A stretch of DNA of 64,000 nt from Octopus vulgaris (taxonomy: Eukaryota): the NCBI GenBank assembly GCA_951406725.2, contig OX597826.1, positions 33,418,001-33,482,000 of the forward strand, in the 5' to 3' direction. The notes below the pieces were generated by a model. That model was not told the DNA's origin and did not search any database. It saw only the letters and a list, made by a program, of their open reading frames with translations. A program made the translations under genes and the position numbers. Shown here piece after piece: positions 39,385 to 51,877 of the stretch. Position 1 is the first letter of the stretch. The number at the start of each line of letters is the position of its first letter.

Positions 39385-39514
39385 CAACAACAACATTTTG
39401 TATGGTGTACTACTGATTCTGCCAGCTTACTCCCCTCCTCCTCCTCCTCCTCCTCCTCCTCCTCCTCCTACTACTACTACTACTACTACTACTACCAAAT
39501 AATAATAATAATGA

Positions 39515-39818
39515 TAATCTTTTCTAGTATTAGGGACATGGCCTGAAATTTTACTGGTACTTAATTTATCAACCCCTGAAAGGATGAAAAGAGACAAAGT
39601 CAACCTCAGCAGAATTTGAACTCAGAATGTGAAGATGGACAAAATGCCACTAAGCATTTACATCGACCCCCAGTACGCAGCTGGTACTTGTTTTATCAGC
39701 ACCAAAAGGATGAATGGCCAAGTTGACCTCTGCAGGATTTGAACTCAGAATGTAAAGATGATTGAAATACTGGTAAGTATTTTGCACAGCATGCTAACAC
39801 TTCTGCCAGCTTGCTGTC
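39515..39818 (-). mobile_element. Two partial SINE family B copies
   Basis: Two core blocks in tandem. Confidence 0.65.
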
Positions 39819-40669
39819 CTCTTATATAAACTATTATTGATTTTTCAAAATTAACCTGAAGATCAATGTGTAGTGACAAGTTCCAGGCAATAAAATATAC
39901 TAACTTGGCACTTATTTTACCATGTTCTTACACTTTACAAAAACCAAATGAAGCAAATCAGTAATGAATTATCATTGAAGAAATTCAAACAAGCAGTTTT
40001 CTGAAAAACCATCAAAGGATATTTTATTTTTTTGGATTCTCCCTCAATTCTTTTAGTTTTGTTTTACAGTAAACTTTTAAATTCTGCTTCTTAACCACGA
40101 GGTTTCAGGTTTAGTACAACTTCAAGCATGTTCTTGTTGAGTATCTGGCCAAAGAACACCCTGAGAGGAGATTTGGTAGAGGGAAACTGAAAGAAGCCTG
40201 TTATGTGTGAGTAAATGTGTGCATATGCATATGTGTGAGTGTATGTATAGATGTCTAGACAGATAGATTGATATACACATACATACATACATACATACAC
40301 ACTTACACACATACATACATACATACATACATGCATATATACATACATATATATAATCTCTAAAATTTATGCTAATGTTTTGATGTAGCCACTGATGAGA
40401 ACGTTGCCTAGCAATTTATTTTATTTGCTAATTAGGGTTCAAAACCTCAGTATGGCTGTAAAAAAAACAAGGTAAAATTTTTTATTTTTCATTCCCTTCG
40501 AAATTGCTCTTAAATGTAGTTTTGACTGCTACTTCTAGCATGTAAGGCTGCCAGTTAAGGGTCGCCTCTCTTGTGTTTAAATGTACACTAATTTTTGTTT
40601 TGTTTTTTTGCATCCCTGGGACAGGAAAGATTTTCTCTTTGAAGAGTTGCTGATATTCTACAAGACCTA

Positions 40670-41960
40670 CGAGGGGCGTTCAATAAGTAATGCCCCTGAC
40701 CCACTTCCCATATCAGTAGAGCAACGGAACTTGGCACAGTTATTGGTCTTTTTCTACATAGGAACCACTCAGAGTTAGGCATTTCTCCCATCGTTTGATC
40801 CAGCTCTGGCAACCGTTTTTGTAGAAGACCCCAGCTTGGTCCTCCATCCACGACGTGACTTTAGAAATCAAGGCTGCATCATCTGGGAAATACTTTCCTT
40901 TCAAAAACAACGTCATGGCTGGGAAGAGGTGAAAATCAGAGGGTGCAAGGTCAGGAGAGTAGGGGGGTGGGGGAGGAGTTCATAGCCGCACGCCGGTGCT
41001 TCTGATCTGGCGACACGCGAGTTGTTGACCGGAGCGTTGTCCTGCAGGAGGAGGTTGCCTTCGCTGATCTTGCCCCGCCTCATGATTTTGATAGCTTCTC
41101 TTAATTTCCTCAAAATTGAAGCATAATAGGCTCCTGTAATTGTGGTACCCTTTGCCAGGAAATCTGTCATCACTACTCCGTCCTGGTCCCAGAAGACTGT
41201 GAGCATGACCTTGCCAGCAGAGGGCTGCACCCTTGCCTTCTTTGGAGGAGGTGAGTCACGGTGCTTCCACTGCATTGACTGGGCTTTGGTCTCTGGATCA
41301 TAGTGATGGGCCCAGGTTTCATCCTGAGTAATCAGTCTTTTGAAAAAGTTTGACTCATCTTCTTGGTACGTCTCCAAATTCATCCTCGAGCATTCGACGC
41401 GTTCTTGCTTCTGGAAAAGTGTGAGCAGCCTGGGAATCCATCTGGCAGACACCTTTTGCATATGCAAATGGTCATGAATGATAGTTTCCACTGACCCGGT
41501 ACTAATCTTGACCTCATGGGCTATTTGGTGAATAGTTATGCGTCGATCTTCCAAAATGGCAGCCTCAACTTGACGGACAGATACCTCATCAATGGCAGAA
41601 GGGGGTGACCAGATCTGGGAGCTGTTTCCACAGAGTTCCGACCATGTTTGAATTCACGATGCCAGCGTTTTATAAGGTCATATGATGGGGCATCATCACC
41701 ATAAGTTACTTTCATTTCATCAAAAGTCTCCCGTGGTGTGCATCCTTTCAAATACAAAAACCGGATCACTGCTCAACACTCAACAGGCTCCATTTCACAC
41801 TTGACTCAGTTCAAACACCTGTAAATCAGAAACCATAATTATTTCAGAGCTGTAATTTGCCACCTAATCTATAGAGATATAAGTAATTGCACATGCAAAA
41901 TTTCAACTAGATCAAACACCTGGAAGTGGGTCAGAGGCATTACTTATTGAACGTCCTTCG
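40670..41960 (-). mobile_element. Full-length mariner (DD34D) DNA transposon, 1291 bp, TA TSD
   Basis: ~39-bp TIRs cgaggggcgttcaataagtaatgcccctgacccacttcc / ggaagtgggtcagaggcattacttattgaacgtccttcg; TA at 40668-40669 and 41961-41962. Confidence 0.95.
40740..41793 (-). pseudogene. Mariner transposase pseudogene
   Basis: MEPVEC*AVIRFL..., WIPRLL, ITQDETW, LLQDNA, (frameshifted) PPYSPDLAPSDF, YVEKDQ*; one early stop and at least two frameshifts. Confidence 0.93.
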
Positions 41961-43804
41961 TAAGTTATAACTCAATAACCAGCATATCTGAGATTAACCA
42001 ACACAAACTTATGATTATTTATAAAAAGCAAAATAAATTTGAAAGATTTTACTTCATTAAGTAATGTATTTCTGTGATAATCTCAGTTCCTTGGTAAAGC
42101 AAGAACGGGGTTCAAAGAGCCATGAGAAGCTCAGAAGGAATGGTGCTTAGCTTCATGGTATTAAATGGATGGGAGATAAATATATCATCCCTAACCACTT
42201 AGTAAAATGCTAGCTTTTGCTGCCAATATTCTCAGAAAATCTGGTAATGATTCCCTGCAGCTTGGTAAAATTCAATGTTTAGAATTAAGGTTAGTGTTAA
42301 AATATGCAAAAGAACTCCTATAAATTTGAACATTTCTTTATTGTGGTATATATCAAAGACATATAGATTATCAGAAAATGCTTTAATGGTAAAAAAATTT
42401 TGGGATTCTGCAGGGAAAAATTTGGTCTTCTTGATGAAGTTTTAGCAACATTAAAACTTATTCAATCACATACTCAAACACACTTGAATCTTTTATCATC
42501 GTTTTATGATCCTTAATATAAACATGCCCTCAGTATGTTAAATTTATCTTTCTTTTTCTAAATGAGAATATATTTATTTCAACTTTCATTCATATCTCAG
42601 ACTTTGTAGTCACTTCATAAATCTCTACATGAAACATTGCTTCCAGGAATCATCTCATTATAGAGCTTGCAGTGTGTCCCCTTTAGATATCAGCTAATAC
42701 ATTTTCATATTCAGCCTACAAATAACAGCAAAAATACCTCAAACAGCATGTAGTATTTACGACCTAAGGCAGTTTTCATTAAAGCTTGGAAGCAATTTCA
42801 TTTAAGAGGAAAATTTCTTGCCAGTATGAAAAGTGAAAAAGATATATTTATAGATATTTGAAGGCTCAGTGTTATCAAGAACTAAAGTTCAAAAGCAAAA
42901 ATGATTTTCTCTTGTATTGAAAAAAACTGAAAAACTTAATTTCTAAGCTGTATGGTGTATTATGAAATTTCCCTCTGACACTTATTGTCTGGTGTATGCC
43001 ACCAGAGGATTTCTTTTAGATATAGTTGTATAGTTGTGTGCTCATGGAGCATGGTTCCCAACCATATAATTTGTTAAACTGCTAAGTTACAGTGGGGGGG
43101 GGGACAGCCACATTCCAACCTTGAAGAGAAAACCTTTGCAACATCTTCCTTTTCCCTACCCACATAATTAAAACAACTTTTGTACTAATTAATCACCACC
43201 ACCCTATTCTATAACCAGTCTCTCTTTCAGAACTGATAGAGGATCAGTAAAAATGGGATATTTGTTTTGGTTCTTTACATCCTGAGTTCAAATCCTGATG
43301 AGGTCAACTTTGAGTTTTCATACTTTTGAAGTTAGTAAATTAAAGTACCAGTCAAGTACTGGTAATGATATAATCAACTTGCACTTTGCATTCAAAATTG
43401 CTGGCTTTGGGAAAAGATTAGAAGGGAAAAGAACATTGATGGAATGTATGTGGGAGACATGGTCTTCATAATTGCATTGCAAGGTATCTGATTAGGAAGG
43501 CTGTAACTTTTTAAAATCAACTAACGCTGGACAAGGGTCACTTCCTAAGTCTAGTTTGCATGAAGGAATAAACGGTGCCTTATATACTCTGTATACAAGA
43601 GCTGGCAATCAGAAGGATATCCAGCAAGGGAAGACATACCAAAAATGGAATGTAAAATATAACCAGATCATGTTATATGTTTAGAAGAATGGTAACAGTG
43701 AATAATAATTGACAGAAGATAGAATGGAATTGTAGTAAGACTTATTTGACTTTGCAAACCAAACTAAAAACCAAAGTGTAAAGAATAAACAAGATCTTAT
43801 ACCT

Positions 43805-44172
43805 TTTACCTTTTACTTGTTTTAGTCATTTGAATGTGGCCATGCTGGGGCACTATCTTGAAGGGTTTTAGTCAAAGGATTTGACCCCGGGACTTTTTAA
43901 AGCTTGGCCTTTATTTTATTGATCTCTTTTGTTGAATGTTTAGTCACAGGGACATAAACATGCTAACACCAGTCGATAAGCAGTGGTGAGGAACAAACAC
44001 ACACACACACACGCATGACAGGCTTCCTTCAATTTCCTTCCATAAAACTCTCTCACAAGGTTTTGGTGGGCTCAGGGCTATGATAATAGGAGGTATTTTC
44101 CCAAAGTGCTACATAATGGTACTGAAACCAGAACCATTTGGTTGAGAAGCAAACTTCTTACCACACAGCCAT
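43805..44172 (-). mobile_element. SINE family A, old full-length copy
   Basis: Tail, CA tract and head (cttcttaccacacagccatg) all present. Confidence 0.75.
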
Positions 44173-46064
44173 GTTGGATAAGGGCAATTATTCATAAAAA
44201 TACATTATTCATAATATAGGTCAGGCTAAATGGCTAAGGGGGTCAATATACACATATAAATATGCGTTATTTGTTGTTTATGGGGATGGGAACCAGAATG
44301 CAATAAAAGCAAAAACAAATGCTCACCATAAAACACTGCACCAGTATCTGACAATCTTTTGCAGTAAACAATCGAAGTTGGTTATATTTTCCAAGCAAAA
44401 ATTCTTGAGCAGCTTCTAGTCATTTAAGTTTTTATTTAAAGACTCGCAGGAGCTATTTTCCCTAACGAGCTGAGAAAAGAATACACAATGCCATGCAGGA
44501 TAACCACTTATAGTCTAAAATTCTCTTATATATAGCCATAGAGGAATGAAGTAGAATTGTGTGTGTGTGTGATGGGAGAAGATGAGACTACATTAGAAGA
44601 CAACTAGCAACAACATTGGCACTTATTTCTTTTAACAAATGATTTAGGCTAAATTGCAAGATTCAGAAACTAATTATAGCCTCAACAACATCATGGCAAG
44701 TAGGTTATAAATATATAAAACGATTATTGAAAATATTTATCTGGAAATATATATATATAAAAGTATTGTTGGCAGTCTAAGTACAATCTCGCCTGCTGGC
44801 ATCCTCTGGTTCCATCAGAAAATATAAAATATATAAACCATAATAATGATTTATCTGTTACTCAAAGAAAATCAGCACCAAAAATAGAAATCATTTTTAA
44901 TACTACAAAAACTTTTTCTTGAATAGAAACACAAAATAAGTATTTTTTATTATTATTGTTTTTGTTTTCTCATACATTCGTCTATTATTTTTCCTGTGTT
45001 TGTGTTTGGTTTTACTGTATTATTTTCTTTTTCTTCTCTAAAGACAAATGAAGCAAGTAGTTATCTGAACATCACAGAATATCATCATATTTTGTTGTAT
45101 ATGGTTCCACCGCCTTCTTTTATACATTTTTACATTGTCTATTTTTTTACAGATATTTGATTCCTTCTCTCTGTTTCCTATGGTTCCAGAGTTTACTCTA
45201 AGAGCTAATTCCTACCATTTTGGAAATATTTTTTTTTTAAATAGGGTTCGTTCATTTTTTTTGTGTTCTTCATTATCCATAACATCATCACTGGAAGACC
45301 AGGACAATTAGCAGAGGTATCCAATGTTCTGCAAGAATGATACAGATAATTCTCAGGGATGACTTCTGTAAAAATATATTACAGCTAAGAGGGGACATAT
45401 ATTACATTTGTGGGGAAACTTTGCTCAACCAAAAAAAAAAAGGTAAAAGCAAATAAACAATGTTTAAAGAATTAAAATTGCACACATAATGAAAAGAAGA
45501 AAAAATAATCAGTGTTGATGGTAATGCTTACCAAGTATTTCAAGGGGAACAACTTTGAAAGCCAAATTAATTAAAAACTGAATACGAGAAAACACTTGGC
45601 TTCACTGACAAGAATTATCATGAATGCTAATTAATTTGCTTTAATTATGAATGTTATTTCAATCAATCACATGAAGTATATTAATGCCCAATCTCAACTA
45701 AATTCATGAGTGAATTTGCTAAAGTAATTCAAAACAGTGGCTAGTTGTTGTTACACTGATAAATTTAGCTTAATGTCTGCTTTTTTGTTACCATAGTTAC
45801 AACCTTTTTGATATTAAACTCTCTACCTGACATTCTTCACGTGCCTTTTTGAGTTTCAGTAACTTCACCAGAATAATTTACCTAACCTCTAATCCAGCCC
45901 TTGGGGTTAAATCGTCTTCATTCTGTTATCCATGCTAGGGGTATTCCCCACACCCCTGTCAGTTGTTTTACTATGTGCTGTTGCTCACTTACTATGTATG
46001 AAGTAGAATACATACATATATACATACATACACACACACATATGTAAATATATATATACACATG

Positions 46065-46131
<67 letters not shown>

Positions 46132-46137
46132 ACATAC

Positions 46138-46172
<35 letters not shown>

Positions 46173-46189
46173 CATATATACATGCATAC

Positions 46190-46236
<47 letters not shown>

Positions 46237-46241
46237 TATAT

Positions 46242-46273
<32 letters not shown>

Positions 46274-46580
46274 TTAACGTCCGTTTTCCGTGCTAGCACG
46301 GGTTGGACAGTTCGACCGGAGTCTGGGAAGCCAGGGCTGCTCCAGGCTCCAGTCTGATCTGGCAGTGTTTCCACAGCTGGATGCCCTTCCTAACGCCAAC
46401 CATTCCGTGAGTGTAGTGGGTGCTTTTTACGTGCCACCAGCACAGGTGCCAGGGGGGGGTCTGGCATTGGCCATGATCGGTTGGTGCTTTTAACGTGCCA
46501 CCGGCACGGAAGCCAGTCAAGGCGGCGCTGGCATTGGCCACATTCGGATGGTGCTTTTTATGTGCCACCGACACAGGTAT
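46242..46580 (-). mobile_element. Young SINE-like family C with three internal tandem units
   Basis: (ATC)n tail; ggtgcttttt unit starts at ~46419, 46483 and 46550; CpGs retained. Confidence 0.85.
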
Positions 46581-46627
46581 CACAACTACTGTTTCCATTG
46601 ATATTTGTTTCGATGTTCGTGTACATG

Positions 46628-46677
<50 letters not shown>

Positions 46678-46693
46678 CATATATGTATATATG

Positions 46694-46732
<39 letters not shown>

Positions 46733-46737
<5 letters not shown>

Positions 46738-46935
46738 GGGAAGGTTTACGAAAATAAACAAAAGACGAAGGCAGGTGGAGTACAAAGAAACAAATGTATT
46801 AGTATGGCGGTCAGGAACAGAAATAGAACAAGTCTTTTACATTTGAAGCCTACGCTCTTCGACAGAAAGATACACAGAAAAAAACAAGGAAAGAAAAAAA
46901 TGCATGTAGGAGCTAACGATCTATCATGGCGTCCT
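46733..46935 (-). mobile_element. ~200-bp (TA)n-inserted element with a decayed hammerhead-like motif
   Basis: Minus 46833-46870: tcttt-CTGTCGA-a-gagc gtag gctt-CAAA-tg-TA-aaaga; TA tracts on both sides. Confidence 0.55.
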
Positions 46936-47922
46936 ATATATATATATATATATATATACATACATACATATATATATATCCATACATATATATACATACA
47001 TATATATACATTCATATATACATGTATACATACATACGTACATTCACACACACACACACACGCACATATATATATATATATAAGTATGGCGTATGCACAT
47101 GTGAACCATTATTTAGCCACCTTGTACTAATGCACTTATAATCTTTCTTTCCCTATTGTCAGGAAAAATTAGCCATGTGCATCCTTTGGTGCTGTTTCCT
47201 TCTTCTCATTGCTATGATGCAGGTTTGAACATGAAACAACAATTAAGTTGTCACTGTTATTATGTTAACCCAAATCCACATCACTTTCTGATCTGCCAAA
47301 ATAACACCAACATTCAGTGATTGTTTTCTGTGATCTGGCAATATAACAAGAACTGAGATACCCGGAATGGTTTCAGTGAAATATTGCTGCAGAACTATGT
47401 CACTGTGGTATTTCTATGAATGGATTGAATAATTCTCAAAAATGGTCCCTCAAGAGTTTTCCAAATTTCTATCAAATTTCTATCAAAATACTTTGTCTTT
47501 GTCTCCGTTAATTTTGAAAATAATGAGGAATTTGGTAAAATAATGGTAAAATGATAAAAATTTTGTGGAAATATCTTAAATTTGCATCATTTTGAAACAA
47601 GACGTTTGTATCATAGAACCAGTGGCTGTCAGTGGTGAGTTACAAAACAGAACTGATAGAGTTATGAGATATTAAACTTTTGTGACTAAATTTCTATTGA
47701 AATACACCATCTTTGTTTCAGTTACCTTTGAAAATAGTGAATTAGGTGCAGCCATGGTTTTGTGGTAAAAAGTTTACTTCCTGAGCACATGGTTTTCAGT
47801 TCATTCCCACTGCTTGGCACCTTGGGTGGGTGTCTTCTACTATAGCCTTGGGCCAACCAAGAACTTGTGAATAGATTTGGTAGACAGAGACTGAAAGAAA
47901 CTTGTCCTTTATATATATATAT

Positions 47923-48255
47923 AATAAAAAGTTTTGAATGGTACAACAATGCACTATAATTTAGACAATGGGCTATTTACCTGTTGTAATTAAGTCATGC
48001 ATAGTCTGATATGAAATTTCAGAATGATATTTCGTCTTTTTGAAAAGCCATTAGAAACCGATTATAGCAGCGACTCCATCTAAGAATATCTGAAGAAGGA
48101 ATATTATTCCGAAATATCATATCAGACTACGGATGACTAAATTACGACAGGTATATAGCCCATTGTCTGTATTATAGTGCATTGTTGTACTATTCAAAAC
48201 TTTTTATTCTTTACAAACAATACACAATGCTTCAAGCGAACTACAATACTCTCCT
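47923..48255. mobile_element. Small fold-back element (~110-bp arms) with a hammerhead-like motif
   Basis: 47923-48033 is inverted relative to ~48097-48208; CTGAAGA-a-ggaat att attcc-GAAA-tatcata-TC at 48090-48123. Confidence 0.7.
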
Positions 48256-48294
48256 ATATATATATATATATATACACACACACTCACATATATA

Positions 48295-48330
<36 letters not shown>

Positions 48331-48574
48331 TAAATGGCACAGTGTAAAGGTGCACCTTTCATTCAAGTCTGGTGAAGTGCCATTCTAATGTCTAAAACTG
48401 CAAACATTACTGTCGGACTGTTATAACGTCCACTCCAGTATATAGACAAGTAATGACATGACTATAAATAACCAACTTCGCCGACTGTTGACCCTCGACT
48501 TCTTACATCACAGTATTTGTAATGACTATTTCATACCACTGTGAGGTGTGTTCTATTATAATATTAATAATAAT

Positions 48575-48629
<55 letters not shown>

Positions 48630-48908
48630 TTAATAATAATAATAATAATGATAATAATCATTATTATTATTATTATTATTATCATTATTATCATTATTAT
48701 TATTATTATTATTATTATGATTATTATTATTATTATTCCAATAACAAGTACATAAATTTTCACATCAAACTTTTTCATAAAGTGGCGTTGCAGATAGAGG
48801 TGATACAGAAACAATTGAAATGATCATTAAAGATGTGTTAAAAGATATCTTTGTCTTCTTATTTGGATTATCTATATACTGCATATATACTGTGTACTAT
48901 ATATACAC

Positions 48909-48955
<47 letters not shown>

Positions 48956-49132
48956 GTTTAAGAGACAGAATCACCCTCAAGCAACTCAATCAACATTGAA
49001 TGACATTATCCACAATAGGTACATATAGGACTAAATATTAAAATTATCAAAATTAATACCTACAATTCTTATTCAGAATTATCGAAATTAATACCTTCAA
49101 TTCTTATTACAAATCGTATAATTTATATTATC

Positions 49133-49237
49133 TAGACTACGCGTGTTTCATGACAACATATTCCTCAATATTGTTGAAATAAAATTTCCCCATACAATAC
49201 CATATTAGAACGATTATATTGGCAATCATCAGGTCTA
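49133..49237 (-). ncRNA. Type I hammerhead ribozyme with a long stem II insert
   Basis: Stem I uagac/gucua, core CUGAUGA, stem II ugccaauaua/uauguuguca, GAAA, stem III C-acgc-G, GUA cleavage triplet. Confidence 0.7.
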
Positions 49238-49838
49238 TCTTATATGAACTTATTTTGCTATTTACTTCGTATATTAAGACATGACAAACTAAAATTATAT
49301 AACTAGAGGTTGTTGGAATAATTTTATTTTAGTAAATAATGAACAGAAATGTGGAATAAAAGTAGGAAAAAGAAATGTTAATAAAAGGAAAATTTAACTT
49401 ATCTGTATGGTAATGTTCACTCCAAAAATTAAATATGGCTACCAGCAATTGTATAATCCAACATTGAAATATACTTTGTAGGGGAGATAATTCTTATTAA
49501 CATTTAAAAATTCTTAAAAGGTACTTAATATTATTTATAATAATAAATCAGGAGAAGCCAGAAGTGAGTATATGATGGGATTTTTATTTTATTTCCCCCC
49601 CACAAAGTAGAGCTCAATGCTGGATTATACAATTGCTGGTAGCCATTTTTATTTCAGAGAGAAATTTCAGAGAGAAAATTACCATACAGGTAAGTTAACA
49701 TTTATTTTTCCTACTTTTATTCCACATTTCTGTTCATCATTTACTAAAGTAAAATTATTCCAACAACCTCTAGTTATATAATTTTAGTTTGTCATGTCTT
49801 AATATACGATGTAAATAGCAAAATAAGTTCATATAAGA

Positions 49839-49943
49839 TAGACCTGAAGATTGGCAATATAATCGTTTTAATATAGTATGGTATAGAGAAATTCTATTTC
49901 AACAATATTGAGGAATATGTTGTCATGAAACACGCGTAGTCAA
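49839..49943 (+). ncRNA. Type I hammerhead ribozyme, second arm
   Basis: tagac-CTGAAGA-t-tggcaatata...tatgttgtca-t-GAAA-cacgcg-TA-gtca; 10-bp stem II with two G-U pairs. Confidence 0.65.
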
Positions 49944-51051
49944 GATAATGTAAAGTATATGATTTGTAATAAGAACTGAAGGTATTAATTTTGATAATTT
50001 TAATATTTAGTCCTATATGTACATATTGTGGATAACGTCATTCACTGATGACTGAGTTGCTTGAGGGTGATTCTGTCTCTTAAACCTATCTATTTATATG
50101 TATATAATACAATAAGTAATTCATTTTAGTACCACTGAATTGAACTTCTCTCCCCTGTGGACTCGGAAATAACTTCCCAAATATTAATTATATATATATT
50201 TGCATATATATATATGCATATATATGTATGTGTGTATGTGTGTGAGTGCATGTCTTTTTTGCCCGTTTGTAACCCATCACCACTGACTGACAACCTGTGA
50301 GGGTTTGCTTACATCCCTGTAACCTAGTGCTTCAGCAAAAAAGACTGATAGAATAAGTACCAGGTTTGAGAAAAAAGTACCAGGGTTGATGCATTTGGCT
50401 AAAATCTCTTCAAGGCAATGCCCCAGCATGGTCAGAGTGTAATGTCTGAAACAAGGTAACCATAAAAGATAAAAGAGTAATGCCATTTAGTTGTTATTGA
50501 ACTGGATTTGGGAACATAAATTACGATGGAGTTGTCATGGGAGGATTTAAGTTTAAATCATTTTAAAACAGTAAATAATATCATAGGACCAAGTATGGTC
50601 TAATGCAGGTTGGTATAAAAAAGGGTTTCAGAAGGAACCAAAAGCACAACAATATTCCTATGCAACACTGAATGAGGAGCCCTGACCCCAGTCAAACGTC
50701 CAACCCATGCCAGCATGGAAAACGGACGTTAAACACTGATGATGATGACAAAGAGACGGGAGTGATGGGTGATTATCAATGAAATACCAAAGAATATGGT
50801 AATTAGTCATGGTCCTCATGTATGAATTCATCCACGACAGACTTGCTTGTGATTACCAATACACCACCACCGCCACCACCACCAACAACAACAATTTAGT
50901 TTATACTTTAACTTCAGACCTGCACCATAGTAACTAGAGGGCGAGCACATTTACTGAAGCATGCACAACCGATTTTCTCCTCAATGGCACAAAATTTATT
51001 ATAATGAATTATAAGTGGAAATAGTCAACAACTCTCCATTGTAAATAGAAT

Positions 51052-51500
51052 TTTCTTTTCTACTCTAGGCACAATGCCAGAAATTTTGGGGGAGTGGGGG
51101 GGCAGTTGATTAGATCGACCCCAATATGCAACTAGTACTTAATTTATCGACCCCAAAAGGATGAAAGGCAAAGTCAACCTTGGTGGAATTTGAACTCAGA
51201 ACATTAGGACAGACGAAATGCTGCCAAGCATTTTGCCTAGCGTGCTAGCAATTCTGCCAGCTTGCCACCTTAAAAAGTATAGAATTTTTTCTATGCTAGG
51301 CACAAGGACAAAAGTTTGGGGGGTAATTGGGAACAGTTGATTAAATCAACACCAGTACACAGCTGGTACTTAATTTATCGACCCCGAAAGAATCAAAGGC
51401 AAAGTCGACCTCGACGGAATTTGAACTCAGAATGTAAAGACAGACAAAATACTGCTAAGCATTTCGCCCGGCATGCTAACCATTCTGTCAGCTCACCGCC
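51052..51500 (-). mobile_element. Two tandem full SINE family B copies
   Basis: Two complete tail-core-head units. Confidence 0.85.
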
Positions 51501-51842
51501 ATATTGTAATTAGAATATTATTGTTTTGCATTAGGAATTTCAAGATGTCATCCTAGACTTTAAAATAAAATAAAAATATTGCTGAGTTAGTTAGCTTCTG
51601 TATTATGTGGGACTTGATTAAATAAGCCTGTTTATAAATTTCATACACAGGTAAAAGAAACGTCCAACATAAACTGCTAAATATCATTGTTTTATTCTCT
51701 GGAGATCATAGAAAGATTTTATGATGGGTGGACATTATTAGCAAGAATTGAGTTATTGGTGATTTTTTTTCTCCAAAGATATTAGTGACTTTGTGAAGAG
51801 AAACTGACTGAGAGTGTTAATAAAAACTATGGCTTCAGTATT

Positions 51843-51877
<35 letters not shown>

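Larger units (their letters stand above)
48956..50085. mobile_element. Non-coding fold-back element with ~0.5-kb inverted arms
   Basis: gtttaagagacagaatcaccctcaagcaactca (48956) is the reverse complement of tgagttgcttgagggtgattctgtctcttaaac (ends 50085); arms run to ~49470 and from ~49613. Confidence 0.92.
47744..50478 (+). mobile_element. SINE family A expanded to 2.7 kb by nested insertions
   Basis: 5' half 47744-47908, 3' half ~50250-50478. Confidence 0.65.

Noticed and set aside
41963-45990. Longest mostly non-repetitive stretch, examined for exons
   Set aside because: No listed ORF apart from microsatellite-derived ones entering from 45918, no convincing exon chain, and only old SINE fragments
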